A stretch of DNA of 64,000 bases from Promethearchaeota archaeon (GTDB lineage: Archaea > Asgardarchaeota > Lokiarchaeia > Sigyniarchaeales > SOKP01), in assembly GCA_016839555.1 (NCBI GenBank), contig JAEOUA010000003.1:256001-320000 (forward strand), in the 5' to 3' direction. Below, piece by piece: positions 22,054-31,671 of this stretch. Within the stretch, counting starts at the first letter, position 1; the number at the start of each line of letters is the position of its first letter. Below the pieces are notes generated by a model. It saw only the letters and a list, made by a program, of their open reading frames with translations, did no database searches and was not told the origin of the DNA. A program made the position numbers and the translations under genes.

Positions 22054-22728
22054 TCAATTTTTATTCGATTTTAGTTTATTATAGAATGAAATAACTAAAT
22101 CAGCAAGTTGATTTTCATAGCCCCAATAGAAATGGTCCGCTCCTTTAATAATTTCAAATGTTTTTGGTTCATGATAAAAGCTGTAATGGTTTTTAAAGTT
22201 ATTATAAACCGCAATATCATCTCTATCTCCTTGGATGAATAGTTTTGGTTTGTCGGATTGGGAAAGATTTTTAAAAGTTTTTCCCATAAAATCCCAAGGG
22301 AAAGATATTGCAATATAACTTATTATATTATCATTATAATTAATTGCTGAGCATCCCACTGCAGCGCCATATGAGTATCCACAGATTAAAATTTTTTTAA
22401 TTTTATCTTTATTTAATAAATAATCGATACATAACTCCACTTGATTGATGGGACTCATTTTTGTGGAGGATATATTTATTGATCCACCTATACCAATAAA
22501 ATTAAATCTTAAACAAGAAATATCATTAGTTATTACCTCGTTAAAGATTCCTGAAACTACATTATTATGCATATTTCCTCCGAACTCTGGGTGGGGATGG
22601 ATCAATAATATGCCACAATCCTTATCGTTAAGATTTTCAAAATATTCTGCTTCAAGTTTTGCGTTTTCATTGGAAATAAAAATTTTTTTCACTTCGCTCA
22701 TATGAAATATTAAATCTTTTGCATTCAA
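22054..22728 (-). CDS. Alpha/beta hydrolase (COG2945-like)
   Basis: HPHPEFGGNMHNNVV, LRFNF, GYSYG nucleophile, GDRDD, GADHF. Likely start ATG 22701. Confidence 0.9.
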   Translation of the reverse strand: MNAKDLIFHMSEVKKIFISNENAKLEAEYFENLNDKDCGILLIHPHPEFGGNMHNNVVSGIFNEVITNDISCLRFNFIGIGGSINISSTKMSPINQVELCIDYLLNKDKIKKILICGYSYGAAVGCSAINYNDNIISYIAISFPWDFMGKTFKNLSQSDKPKLFIQGDRDDIAVYNNFKNHYSFYHEPKTFEIIKGADHFYWGYENQLADLVISFYNKLKSNKN

Positions 22729-22755
22729 AAAAATTTAACTTATCTTTATCCTTAA

Positions 22756-23553
22756 TTGTTACTTATGGGAGAAAAAGTGGCTTTAATAACTGGAAGTACC
22801 CGCGGTATTGGGAAAGCAATTGCTTTGGAATTAGCAAATATGGAATATTTAATAGCAATAAATGGAGCATCAACGAATCACCTTCCAAAGGAATATATTG
22901 ATGAATTAGAAAGGGTATATGGGCGAAATTATAAGAAAAAATTTTTATATATTCAAGCAGATATAAGTCAAAAGATTGATCGTAAAAATCTTGTAGAAAG
23001 AATAAAAAAAGAATTTAAACGATTAGATTTATTAATAAATAATGCTGGAATATCTCCTCCAGAAAGAAGAGATATATTAGAAGCTTCTGAAGAATCTTTT
23101 GAAGAGGTGTTGAAAATTAATCTACAAGGTCCATATTTTTTAACGAGAGATATCGCAAATTGGATGATCAATCAAAAGAAAGAATTGAAGAATTATAATC
23201 CGTATATTATAAACATTTCATCCGTTTCTAGCTTTGCTTCTTCACCAAATAGAGGTGAATATTGCATCTCAAAAGCAGGAATCTCCATGATGACCAAATT
23301 ATATGCCGATAGGCTCGCTGAATTCAAAATTCCCGTATTTGAAATTCAACCAGGAATCATTGAAACTGATATGACTTTACCTGTTAAGGGGAAATATGAT
23401 GAATTAATTAATCAAGGGATACTTCCCATTAAAAGATGGGGATTTCCTGATGAAGTCGCGAAGGCGGTAAGAGCTATAGTATCTGGATTATTACCCTATT
23501 CTACAGGAGATATTATACATATTGATGGAGGATTTCACCTAAAAAGATTATAG
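22756..23553 (+). CDS. Short-chain dehydrogenase/reductase (PRK12745-like, usually labelled 3-ketoacyl-ACP reductase)
   Basis: TGSTRGIG, NNAG, NRGEYCISK (YxxxK), LPYSTGDIIHIDGGFH. Likely start ATG 22765. Confidence 0.9.
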   Translation: MLLMGEKVALITGSTRGIGKAIALELANMEYLIAINGASTNHLPKEYIDELERVYGRNYKKKFLYIQADISQKIDRKNLVERIKKEFKRLDLLINNAGISPPERRDILEASEESFEEVLKINLQGPYFLTRDIANWMINQKKELKNYNPYIINISSVSSFASSPNRGEYCISKAGISMMTKLYADRLAEFKIPVFEIQPGIIETDMTLPVKGKYDELINQGILPIKRWGFPDEVAKAVRAIVSGLLPYSTGDIIHIDGGFHLKRL

Positions 23554-23667
23554 AAGAAAAAATTTTACTTGATTATCATAAAGCTACGCAGCCAAATTAT
23601 TTTAAATACTTCAATAACTTTTTTTATATAATTTAAAAAAATCTGTAAAAAAAAATTCAAATTTTAT

Positions 23668-25692
23668 ATGATTGCTTCTAATAATATTGAGAAATTTCTT
23701 GATTTTAAATTTATAAAATATGATACCATCATAATTGGGAGTGGAGCTGCAGGATTAAATTGCGCACTTCATTTAGTAGAAGAGGGGATAGAGCCCAGTG
23801 AAATTGCAATTATAACAGAAAAATTAGGAGGCGGTACATCATTTAATGCAGGTTCAGATAAGCAAACTTACTATAAATTGTCCATAATAGGAAAACAGAA
23901 AGATTGTCCTACCGATATGGCACAAGATCTATATTCAGGGGGTGCTATGCACGGTGATATAGCATTAATAGAAGCAACTAATTCAATTCGTGAATTTTTT
24001 CATTTGGTTCAACTGGGAGTTCCTTTTCCCCATGATAAATATGGTGGATATTTTAGCTATAAAACGGATTATGATCCCAAACAAAGGGCTACCTCAATAG
24101 GACCATTAACCTCCCAAAAAATGTGCGAATGTTTATTAAGAGCCGTTAATGAGGCAAATATTACTATTTTTGATTATTACTATGCTGCGGAAATTATAAT
24201 TAATCAATCTCAAGGATATAAAGAATCTGTTGGATTGATTGCCTTGGACATTAAAAATCTTTCTAATCATAAAGATCTTGAAAACTTAATTGATTCAATT
24301 AAAATTTTTCAGTCTAAGAACATTATTTTAGCTACCGGTGGTCCCGCAGCATTATATAAATATTCTGTTTATCCAAAATCTCAATGGGGAGGTATGAGCC
24401 TTGCTATTAAGGCAGGATGCAAATTCCAAAACCTAACAGAATCTCAATTTGGTTTAGCCTCAATTAAATTTAGATGGAATCTTTCTGGTTCTTATCAGCA
24501 AGTTATTCCACGATATTTTTCACTTGATAAAAATGGGAAAGAAACTGAATTTTTAAATCAGTATTTCGATTCATTTTCTCAACTTTCAAAAGCGATATTT
24601 CTAAAGGGATATCAATGGCCATTTAGTTCAGATAGAATTGAAGCTAATGGATCCTCTTTAATTGATTTAGCAGTATATTATGAAACGGAAATTCTTGGGA
24701 ATAAAGTGTTTTTAGATTATAGGAACAATCCGGAATCTTATAATCAAAATGAATTAGATTTAATTGCTAAAGAATATTTAGAAAACTCAAATGCTCTTCT
24801 TAACAATCCAATAGAAAGACTAAAGCAATTAAATAGAGATGCTTTCGAACTTTATAAAAGTCATAATATTGATTTAACAAAAGTACCTTTAGAAATTGCT
24901 GTGTGTAATCAGCATTTAAATGGAGGTGTTAAGGGAGAGATTTGGTGGGAAACTAATATTAAACACTTATTTGCTATTGGGGAAATTAATGGAAATCATG
25001 GTATTCATCGACCAGGTGGAGCGGCACTAAATTCAGGTCAAGTTGGAGGCTTACGAGCTGCTCAAAAAATAGGAAATGTTTATAATAACTCCAATTTTTT
25101 GGAAAATGAAGATTTTAAAAAGATTGTAAGAAATTATCTAAAAAACTTCATAGCAGAGTTTAAAAATTTGATTTCAAATGAACATGCAGAACTAAAATCC
25201 AAAGAAATCTTAAGAAATATACAAGAACGAATGACAAAATTTGGCTCTATTATAAGACCATTAAATGGTCTTCGGGAGGCAGAACAAAATCTGAAATCTG
25301 AAATAAAAAATCACAACTCTATGGTCAAACTAGACCAAAATCTAGAGATCTTAGACTATTTGAGGGTAAAAGATGCCTTACTTACACAACAATATATTTT
25401 TAACTCAATATTAAATTATCATGAATCTTATGGCTCAAGCAGAGGGTCATATCTCATTATTAGAGATTCACTTAATCCCTCCTTCAAAGAACAATATATA
25501 TCGCCGCCCAGAAAATTAACATGTTTTAAATTTGTGAAAAGTGAAAGAAATTTTAAAAATAAAATTCAAACTATTAAATCTTCTAATGGAAGAATTATAT
25601 TTAAATGGGAACAAATAAGAGAAATTCCTAAAGAATCTGGTTGGTTTGAAACGATTTGGAAGAAATATAAAGACAAAGAAGTTTTTAAATGA
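23668..25692 (+). CDS. FAD-binding oxidoreductase of the SdhA/FrdA/NadB superfamily, uncharacterised subfamily
   Basis: IIGSGAAG, GTSFNAGSDKQTYYKL, LATGG, QHLNGG, GE...HGIHRPGGAAL. Confidence 0.85.
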   Translation: MIASNNIEKFLDFKFIKYDTIIIGSGAAGLNCALHLVEEGIEPSEIAIITEKLGGGTSFNAGSDKQTYYKLSIIGKQKDCPTDMAQDLYSGGAMHGDIALIEATNSIREFFHLVQLGVPFPHDKYGGYFSYKTDYDPKQRATSIGPLTSQKMCECLLRAVNEANITIFDYYYAAEIIINQSQGYKESVGLIALDIKNLSNHKDLENLIDSIKIFQSKNIILATGGPAALYKYSVYPKSQWGGMSLAIKAGCKFQNLTESQFGLASIKFRWNLSGSYQQVIPRYFSLDKNGKETEFLNQYFDSFSQLSKAIFLKGYQWPFSSDRIEANGSSLIDLAVYYETEILGNKVFLDYRNNPESYNQNELDLIAKEYLENSNALLNNPIERLKQLNRDAFELYKSHNIDLTKVPLEIAVCNQHLNGGVKGEIWWETNIKHLFAIGEINGNHGIHRPGGAALNSGQVGGLRAAQKIGNVYNNSNFLENEDFKKIVRNYLKNFIAEFKNLISNEHAELKSKEILRNIQERMTKFGSIIRPLNGLREAEQNLKSEIKNHNSMVKLDQNLEILDYLRVKDALLTQQYIFNSILNYHESYGSSRGSYLIIRDSLNPSFKEQYISPPRKLTCFKFVKSERNFKNKIQTIKSSNGRIIFKWEQIREIPKESGWFETIWKKYKDKEVFK

Positions 25693-25820
25693 AGAATTAA
25701 ATAAACCAAGCTAAAGTATATTTATTTCTTTTTTTTTATAAATAGAATAATTAATTATTTAACTAACTAATTAGATAGGTAAGTCAATTAAAAATTAAAA
25801 ACTATTAAGCTATTAAAAAG

Positions 25821-27038
25821 GTGTTCGAAATTTCATCAGAAAAATCCATAGTTTACTGGGCATCGCCCTATGAATTAATTGCCATTAAAAATTCTTCTAA
25901 AAATATGATAACTAATAATTTAGTAAAAACGAGATTTATCTTAGATAAAATTTTAAATAATTTCATATCCCCTGATGAAAAAGTGGGTGTAAAAGTACAT
26001 GTAGGTGAAGCTTATAATACGCGATATTTACGACATGATTATGTTCATGAAGTTGTTGAAGTTATAAAGGAAAAAGGAGGCATACCAAAACTTATAGAAA
26101 CACAAGGCATAGGAATGGAGACTCATCTTGTTAAAATTCCCAATAATTGTGTGATATGTTTAGGGAGTCGTAAAAATAAAGAGGACCATTATAATATTGC
26201 TCATCTTCATGGTTATACGGAAACCATTATTGGTGCGCCGTTAGAATTTTTAGATGGTGAAAAAGGACTTGATGGAAAGAACGTTAAGATAGATGGTATT
26301 CATCTAAAAGAGGTTAGTGTAGCATCTGGTCTCTTTGATTTTGACAAACTAGTTTTAATTTCTCATTTCAAGGGTCATCCTCAAGCAGGCTTTGGAGGTG
26401 CTTTAAAGCAATTAGGTATAGGATGTGTTACCAAACATAACAAATTTAAAGCTCATTTCTCTGGCAGTCTAAGTACAACTAAAAGATGTGACATTTCTAA
26501 ATGTAATCAAGAATGTATTACTGCTTGCCCAGTAGATGCCATTAGAATAGAGGAAGATTCTGCTATTATCGATCCTTCGAAATGTATCGGGTGTTTAGGT
26601 TGTCAAGAGGCTTGCCCAGTGAGAAAGGCAATAAAATCCGCTACATATAATGATTTAAAGGTGTTTAATGAAAGACTTATTGATAATGCTCTTGCTGTGG
26701 TAACTTCATTTGGTCCTGAAAAAATACGTTATATTAGTTTTGCTTTTGATATACCAGCTATGTGTGACTGTGTTGTAAATGCCAACATGAATATTGTGCC
26801 TGATTTAGGCATTTTTGGATCAAATGATCCTGTTGCTATCGATCAGGCATGTATCAATATGGAAACCGCAGCACCTGGGCTCCCTACATTAAATGCAGAA
26901 GGAGAATGGATAGAGCCAGTTGCAGCAGGAATAGAAAAATTTAAAGCTTTCAACAAGAGTTTAGACACAACTTGGCAACTTAATGCTGCGAAAACAAATA
27001 AACTCGGAAATGGGGAATATGAATTAATTAAGATTTAA
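25821..27038 (+). CDS. DUF362 domain protein with 2x[4Fe-4S] ferredoxin insert
   Basis: VKVHVGE, SHFKGH...FGGALKQLG, CxxxCP and CxxCxxCxxxCP, DPVAIDQA. True start may be ATT 25830. Confidence 0.9.
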   Translation: MFEISSEKSIVYWASPYELIAIKNSSKNMITNNLVKTRFILDKILNNFISPDEKVGVKVHVGEAYNTRYLRHDYVHEVVEVIKEKGGIPKLIETQGIGMETHLVKIPNNCVICLGSRKNKEDHYNIAHLHGYTETIIGAPLEFLDGEKGLDGKNVKIDGIHLKEVSVASGLFDFDKLVLISHFKGHPQAGFGGALKQLGIGCVTKHNKFKAHFSGSLSTTKRCDISKCNQECITACPVDAIRIEEDSAIIDPSKCIGCLGCQEACPVRKAIKSATYNDLKVFNERLIDNALAVVTSFGPEKIRYISFAFDIPAMCDCVVNANMNIVPDLGIFGSNDPVAIDQACINMETAAPGLPTLNAEGEWIEPVAAGIEKFKAFNKSLDTTWQLNAAKTNKLGNGEYELIKI

Positions 27039-27212
27039 TTTTAAATACCTTTATTACTAGCTTTTTTATCTTTTTACTTTTTTTTAATATGATGGTTGAT
27101 TTAAAAAATATCTGTAAAAATAAGTATTATTTGCTCTTCTTCAACTGAACTGCTAAAAAATATTAAATTAACCAAATTTTCATTCTTAATATTAAAAATA
27201 AGAAAAAAAAAA

Positions 27213-28607
27213 TTATAATTTTAATTGTCTTAACTGAATTCTATTGTTTTTCACCTTATCTGGCGTGAGATCATATAGTTTCCAAAACGCTATCGCTCCA
27301 ATAAATATAAAAATGGCGGGAATGAGACTGGTATGAATATGAATTCCCCATATTGCCAAACTAGATTGAGTTGCAATTGCATCATTGAAACCTGTTAGAG
27401 TATGGACAATTGAAAAAGTAAGTGCTTGTGCGACAATTCCAAGGCGCCCGAAAAACATTTGAAATCCAGTATAAAGTCCTTCTTCACGCTTTTTTGTTAA
27501 AATAATTGAATTATCTATAACATCACCCGAGACAGGATATATCATTATCCAGAATCCTCCTAGTGGCACCCCCCATAAAACCATGTTAATTATAATTCCG
27601 ATATAGCTCCTTAAAAAAAGAAGAGGCAAAGTAAATACTCCCAACATTAAAGCAGCAATAAATAAAACTTTACGATTATCATTAAGTTTATCAGAAAGCT
27701 TTTTCCAGAAGGGAGCCGAAACTAAGACTCCAATGAGAAATGCAGCAAATACTAAGGTCTGAGCTTGAGACTCCATCCCAAGACTAAAACGAACTACGTA
27801 TGGGATTGAAGCTTGCATAGTTTCTATCATGGATTGATATAGGGTATAAATTACCATGAAAGTAATAAATGCCCTCTGAATCACAGCCTTTTTCATACTC
27901 TTAAAAAATGATTCTTTTTCAGTAAGTTTTTGATATTTTTCAAAATATTTATCTATTAACGCTTGATCTTCTCGAACCCCTGGGATTGCAATTATGAAGC
28001 CTATCGTAACGATGATAAAGGATACAAGACCTTGATAAAAGAAGGATGGAATATTTCCATAGTTGAAAACTAACGGGGGAACTATTGCACCAAGAGCAGT
28101 GCCAACCACCCCAATCATTATTTGAAAACTACTTGTTAATCGTCGTTCTTTCATTGAGCGAAATTTATCGGGGTAAAGCGCAATAAAATTCACAAAAAAT
28201 AACGAATGAAATGTATCGAATAAACAGGTTGTAAATAATAACCATATAAATAAGATCAAAGCATCATTAACTGCATCGGTCGTGGGTGGTAAGAATATTA
28301 ACGCATAGGAGAGCCCCCAAGGCAATCCTCCTATTAAAATCCATATAAATCTTCTTCCATATTTCCTAGTAAACCTAAACTGTTTATTGGTTAAATACCC
28401 GATGATAGGATCATTGAACATATTGTAGACAGCAAATATCACAAATGCTAATCCTACCAACCACACATCTAAATGAATCTCGCTTTCAAAGAAATAAAAA
28501 GCATTTGCAGAAAAGGCAATGCGCATAAATTCCCGAGAAAATGATCCGAAAGCATAGGAGGCAAGTTCTTTTTTTGGATGTAATATTTCTTCATTAATTT
28601 CTTCCAA
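27213..28607 (-). CDS. MFS_2/GPH family glycoside-pentoside-hexuronide transporter
   Basis: 12 TM; NDPIIG, YGRRFIW, DVID...REEGLY. Confidence 0.9.
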   Translation of the reverse strand: MEEINEEILHPKKELASYAFGSFSREFMRIAFSANAFYFFESEIHLDVWLVGLAFVIFAVYNMFNDPIIGYLTNKQFRFTRKYGRRFIWILIGGLPWGLSYALIFLPPTTDAVNDALILFIWLLFTTCLFDTFHSLFFVNFIALYPDKFRSMKERRLTSSFQIMIGVVGTALGAIVPPLVFNYGNIPSFFYQGLVSFIIVTIGFIIAIPGVREDQALIDKYFEKYQKLTEKESFFKSMKKAVIQRAFITFMVIYTLYQSMIETMQASIPYVVRFSLGMESQAQTLVFAAFLIGVLVSAPFWKKLSDKLNDNRKVLFIAALMLGVFTLPLLFLRSYIGIIINMVLWGVPLGGFWIMIYPVSGDVIDNSIILTKKREEGLYTGFQMFFGRLGIVAQALTFSIVHTLTGFNDAIATQSSLAIWGIHIHTSLIPAIFIFIGAIAFWKLYDLTPDKVKNNRIQLRQLKL

Positions 28608-28764
28608 AAATCACACCTTTATACATTATTTTTGTAAAATAAAATTATCTTAAATAAAAATTATGATCTTAAAGATATTTAAAACTGATCATAAAACAAA
28701 TTAATAATATTGGGTTTTACTAAAAATTTCTATTAAAAAAATAAGTTCTTAATAAAGCACTCCT

Positions 28765-30138
28765 CTAAGATTTGTAGAGTGGATCTCGAACCATGCACCC
28801 AGTGTTTTTTCCTTTACTCATTAATTCTGAGCATTTTGAACAAGCGATACAGACTTTATTTTTATCTATTTTTTGATTCTGCAAAATTTGTTTTGGAAAA
28901 TTGGGATTTGCAAAGCTCATTCGCCCGAGGCCACAAATATCTACCATTCCATTAGTTATTAGAGCTGAGCATATATTTATGGCGAATTGACGTAAATATG
29001 AGTATCCTGACCCAATTATAATCATATCTTTAGGGGAGTTCTTTTTTATAGATGAGGTTAAAGTTATCATTCTATTAACACTACATAGAGGATGCTCCGG
29101 TGGCTTTTCAGCTCCCGCTGCGGGGATATCATAGGGTCTCGTAAGAAATGGTTTGTAATGGGGATTTCCACTACTAATATTCAATAACTTTACATCTTGC
29201 CTATATAAAAGTTGGATTAATTGGAAAGGTTCTGAGAGATCTATAGTAGCAGGAAAATTTTCGTTTTGTAATTTTGCATTTCCAAATCCATAGGGATAAG
29301 GTATTCCATCATATACTCCCAAGCGTGTAGTTATAATAAAGTCTGATGTAGGAACGCTGTTATTTAGTTTTTTTATTACATTTAATAGTAATCGAGCACG
29401 ATTTTCAAGAGCATACCCTCCATAGATCGAATTCTTTTTAGTTCTAGCACTCAATAGTTCTGAAATTAGATAGCCATGACACGCTTTAATATCAACACCA
29501 TCAAAACCAGCATTATAAGCTAATTCAGCTTTTTTTACCCAAATATCCTCTAATTTTATGAGTTCTTCATCTGAGATGATTTTCCCTTCTTTTTTATTGA
29601 CATTAATAGCTGCATCCAAATCATTATGATAATATGTGCGAATTGGATAATTTTTTTTTCCTTTTTTAGAGTATCTCCCCGAATGATTGAGTTGTAAGAT
29701 TATTATACCTTTATTATCAAATCCAAGGGTTTTTAGTGTATCATCTAATATTTTTCTAAGATATCTTACAAATCTTTTAAATTTTTCAAAATTTCTCTGT
29801 GTTATAACTAACTGATGGGGATTGGATTTAAATTCTTCTAAAATAGAGGTCGCTTCAATCCAAATAATTCCAGCCCCACCATTCGCATATCGTTTATATC
29901 GGCGAAGAGTTAAAAGGCTTGGACTTCCATCTAACTGAGCATCAAAACCCTCCATAGGTTGTACTGCTAATCTATTAGGAATTTCTATATTATTTAAAGC
30001 TATAGGTTGCTTGAAGCACTCAAAATTATCATCCATCGAAAGAGATATTTTTAATTTTTTTATTGTTAATTTTAGATCCGCAAGAGAATTATATGAAAAG
30101 GGTTCGAATTTTTCACAATCTTGTGGAACTTTACTCAT
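28765..30138 (-). CDS. NADH:flavin oxidoreductase (Old Yellow Enzyme family) with C-terminal Fe-S motif
   Basis: NRLAVQPMEG, QLNHSGR, GFDGVDIKACHGYL, LENR, CxxCxxC...C. Confidence 0.9.
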   Translation of the reverse strand: MSKVPQDCEKFEPFSYNSLADLKLTIKKLKISLSMDDNFECFKQPIALNNIEIPNRLAVQPMEGFDAQLDGSPSLLTLRRYKRYANGGAGIIWIEATSILEEFKSNPHQLVITQRNFEKFKRFVRYLRKILDDTLKTLGFDNKGIIILQLNHSGRYSKKGKKNYPIRTYYHNDLDAAINVNKKEGKIISDEELIKLEDIWVKKAELAYNAGFDGVDIKACHGYLISELLSARTKKNSIYGGYALENRARLLLNVIKKLNNSVPTSDFIITTRLGVYDGIPYPYGFGNAKLQNENFPATIDLSEPFQLIQLLYRQDVKLLNISSGNPHYKPFLTRPYDIPAAGAEKPPEHPLCSVNRMITLTSSIKKNSPKDMIIIGSGYSYLRQFAINICSALITNGMVDICGLGRMSFANPNFPKQILQNQKIDKNKVCIACSKCSELMSKGKNTGCMVRDPLYKS

Positions 30139-30232
30139 AGCTGATCTTTGCTTTAATAAATATTTATAAATATAGACAATTATGATTATATTTAAAAAAG
30201 ATATTAAAATATAAAAAGGAGAAGGATACTAC

Positions 30233-30901
30233 TTGGATATTATTTCAATGGTCGGACAAACCATTGCGTATGTGGCTGCTTTTTATGTAGTAATCGTCAT
30301 TATTAGAAAAGATATAAAATATATAGGAAATAAATTATTTGTGATTTCATTTTTATTATTTGGATTATATGCGCTTGTTCTATTCTTATATGAATTCCCA
30401 ATATCAATTATCATTAATGAAATTCTTTTAAGAGGTTCTTTATTAATAGTGGTAATGGGAATCCTTTTTTTTGTACTCTCAATGCAAGTATTTGCCCAGA
30501 GTTCGATATATCTTGAAAAAATTATGAGTAAGCTAATCATTACCGTATCTATAGCCGTTTGCATTATAACTTTCATTTTTCCATATAAAGTTTTACAGAT
30601 TCAACCAGAGATAGAAGCAGATAAAAATATTATTTCTTTGTTAGCTACTGGCATCTTTTCTTTTACTTTAATGATTTATAATTCAATTCAGCTTTATAAT
30701 GTATTAAATGATATAGAAAATGCAAAAGTTCAGATAAGGAAAAAGATCAAGATATTAATAGTTGCCCAATTAATCGGAATATTAAGTCCTACTATGAGTG
30801 TTATTGGAAATATAACTAAAAACTCTTTTATACATGCTCTGATGTTTGTATTTCTTGCTATTCCAATAGTGATTGTTGGATTTATAATTTCAAAGGATTA
30901 A
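30233..30901 (+). CDS. Stand-alone 7-TM membrane protein (HisKA_7TM-like sensor module)
   Basis: Seven hydrophobic helices, GNKLF after TM1, basic loop before TM6, no cytoplasmic output domain. Confidence 0.6.
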   Translation: MDIISMVGQTIAYVAAFYVVIVIIRKDIKYIGNKLFVISFLLFGLYALVLFLYEFPISIIINEILLRGSLLIVVMGILFFVLSMQVFAQSSIYLEKIMSKLIITVSIAVCIITFIFPYKVLQIQPEIEADKNIISLLATGIFSFTLMIYNSIQLYNVLNDIENAKVQIRKKIKILIVAQLIGILSPTMSVIGNITKNSFIHALMFVFLAIPIVIVGFIISKD

Positions 30902-30958
30902 AAAAATGAGAATTAAGTTCATAAAGGAGGTTATATCAAAAATAAAATATTTTTTGAA

Positions 30959-31600
30959 TTATTTTATTTCGGATTTAATTAAAGAAAGCACTCTAATTAT
31001 ATTGGTTTTTATTTGATCAAGATTATTACCTTTAGTGAGCCAACTTCCAGCGCAAGCAAGCACATTGTCCAATTTTAAATAATCCAAAAAATTTGTTTCA
31101 TCAATTCCACCCGTGGGGATGAATTTTATATTATTGAATGGTCCAGCTAAAGCCTTTAAAAAGGATGGCCCACCACAAACTTCAGCAGGAAAGAATTTAA
31201 ACACTTCTAAGCCTCTTTCAATTCCCCATTCTACAAGAGTAGGACTATCTATGCCAGGAATTACTACAATATTATTTTTAATACAATAATCAACAACAGT
31301 AGGGTTAAATCCGGGAGATACTATAAATTGTGAACCTGCATTAATCGCTTTATCAACTTGCTTAATGGTTAATACAGTTCCTGCCCCAATAAAGATTTCT
31401 GGAATCTCTTTTTTAATATTTTTGATTGATTTTTCGGCAACCGCTGTCCGAAAGGTAACCTCGATTATGGGAAGACCCGAATTTACTAAAGTTTTTGCTA
31501 AAGGCACAGCAAATTTAGCATCTTGGATTGACACAACTGGTGTAATTTTTAATTTATTTAGAGTATTAAAGACTTCATTCATGGTTTCTAAAAAATGCAA
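30959..31600 (-). CDS. eda: KDPG/KHG aldolase, bacterial type
   Basis: IEVTFRT, GAGTV, FIVSPG, KFFPA (Schiff-base Lys), FIPTGGI. Likely start ATG 31582. Confidence 0.95.
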   Translation of the reverse strand: MHFLETMNEVFNTLNKLKITPVVSIQDAKFAVPLAKTLVNSGLPIIEVTFRTAVAEKSIKNIKKEIPEIFIGAGTVLTIKQVDKAINAGSQFIVSPGFNPTVVDYCIKNNIVVIPGIDSPTLVEWGIERGLEVFKFFPAEVCGGPSFLKALAGPFNNIKFIPTGGIDETNFLDYLKLDNVLACAGSWLTKGNNLDQIKTNIIRVLSLIKSEIK

Positions 31601-31671
31601 AAAATATAATTTATATAATTAAATAATGTAACAAATATTAAAAGCAAATTCAAAATATAATATATTTAACC

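Noticed and set aside
22756-23553. fabG / fatty-acid synthesis
   Set aside because: No ACP or other fab genes; this SDR subfamily and its context point to carbohydrate metabolism.
23668-25692. Calling this sdhA/frdA or nadB (nadC is nearby)
   Set aside because: It lacks the covalent FAD His motif and partner subunits, and the GSDKQTYYK segment and length do not fit NadB.
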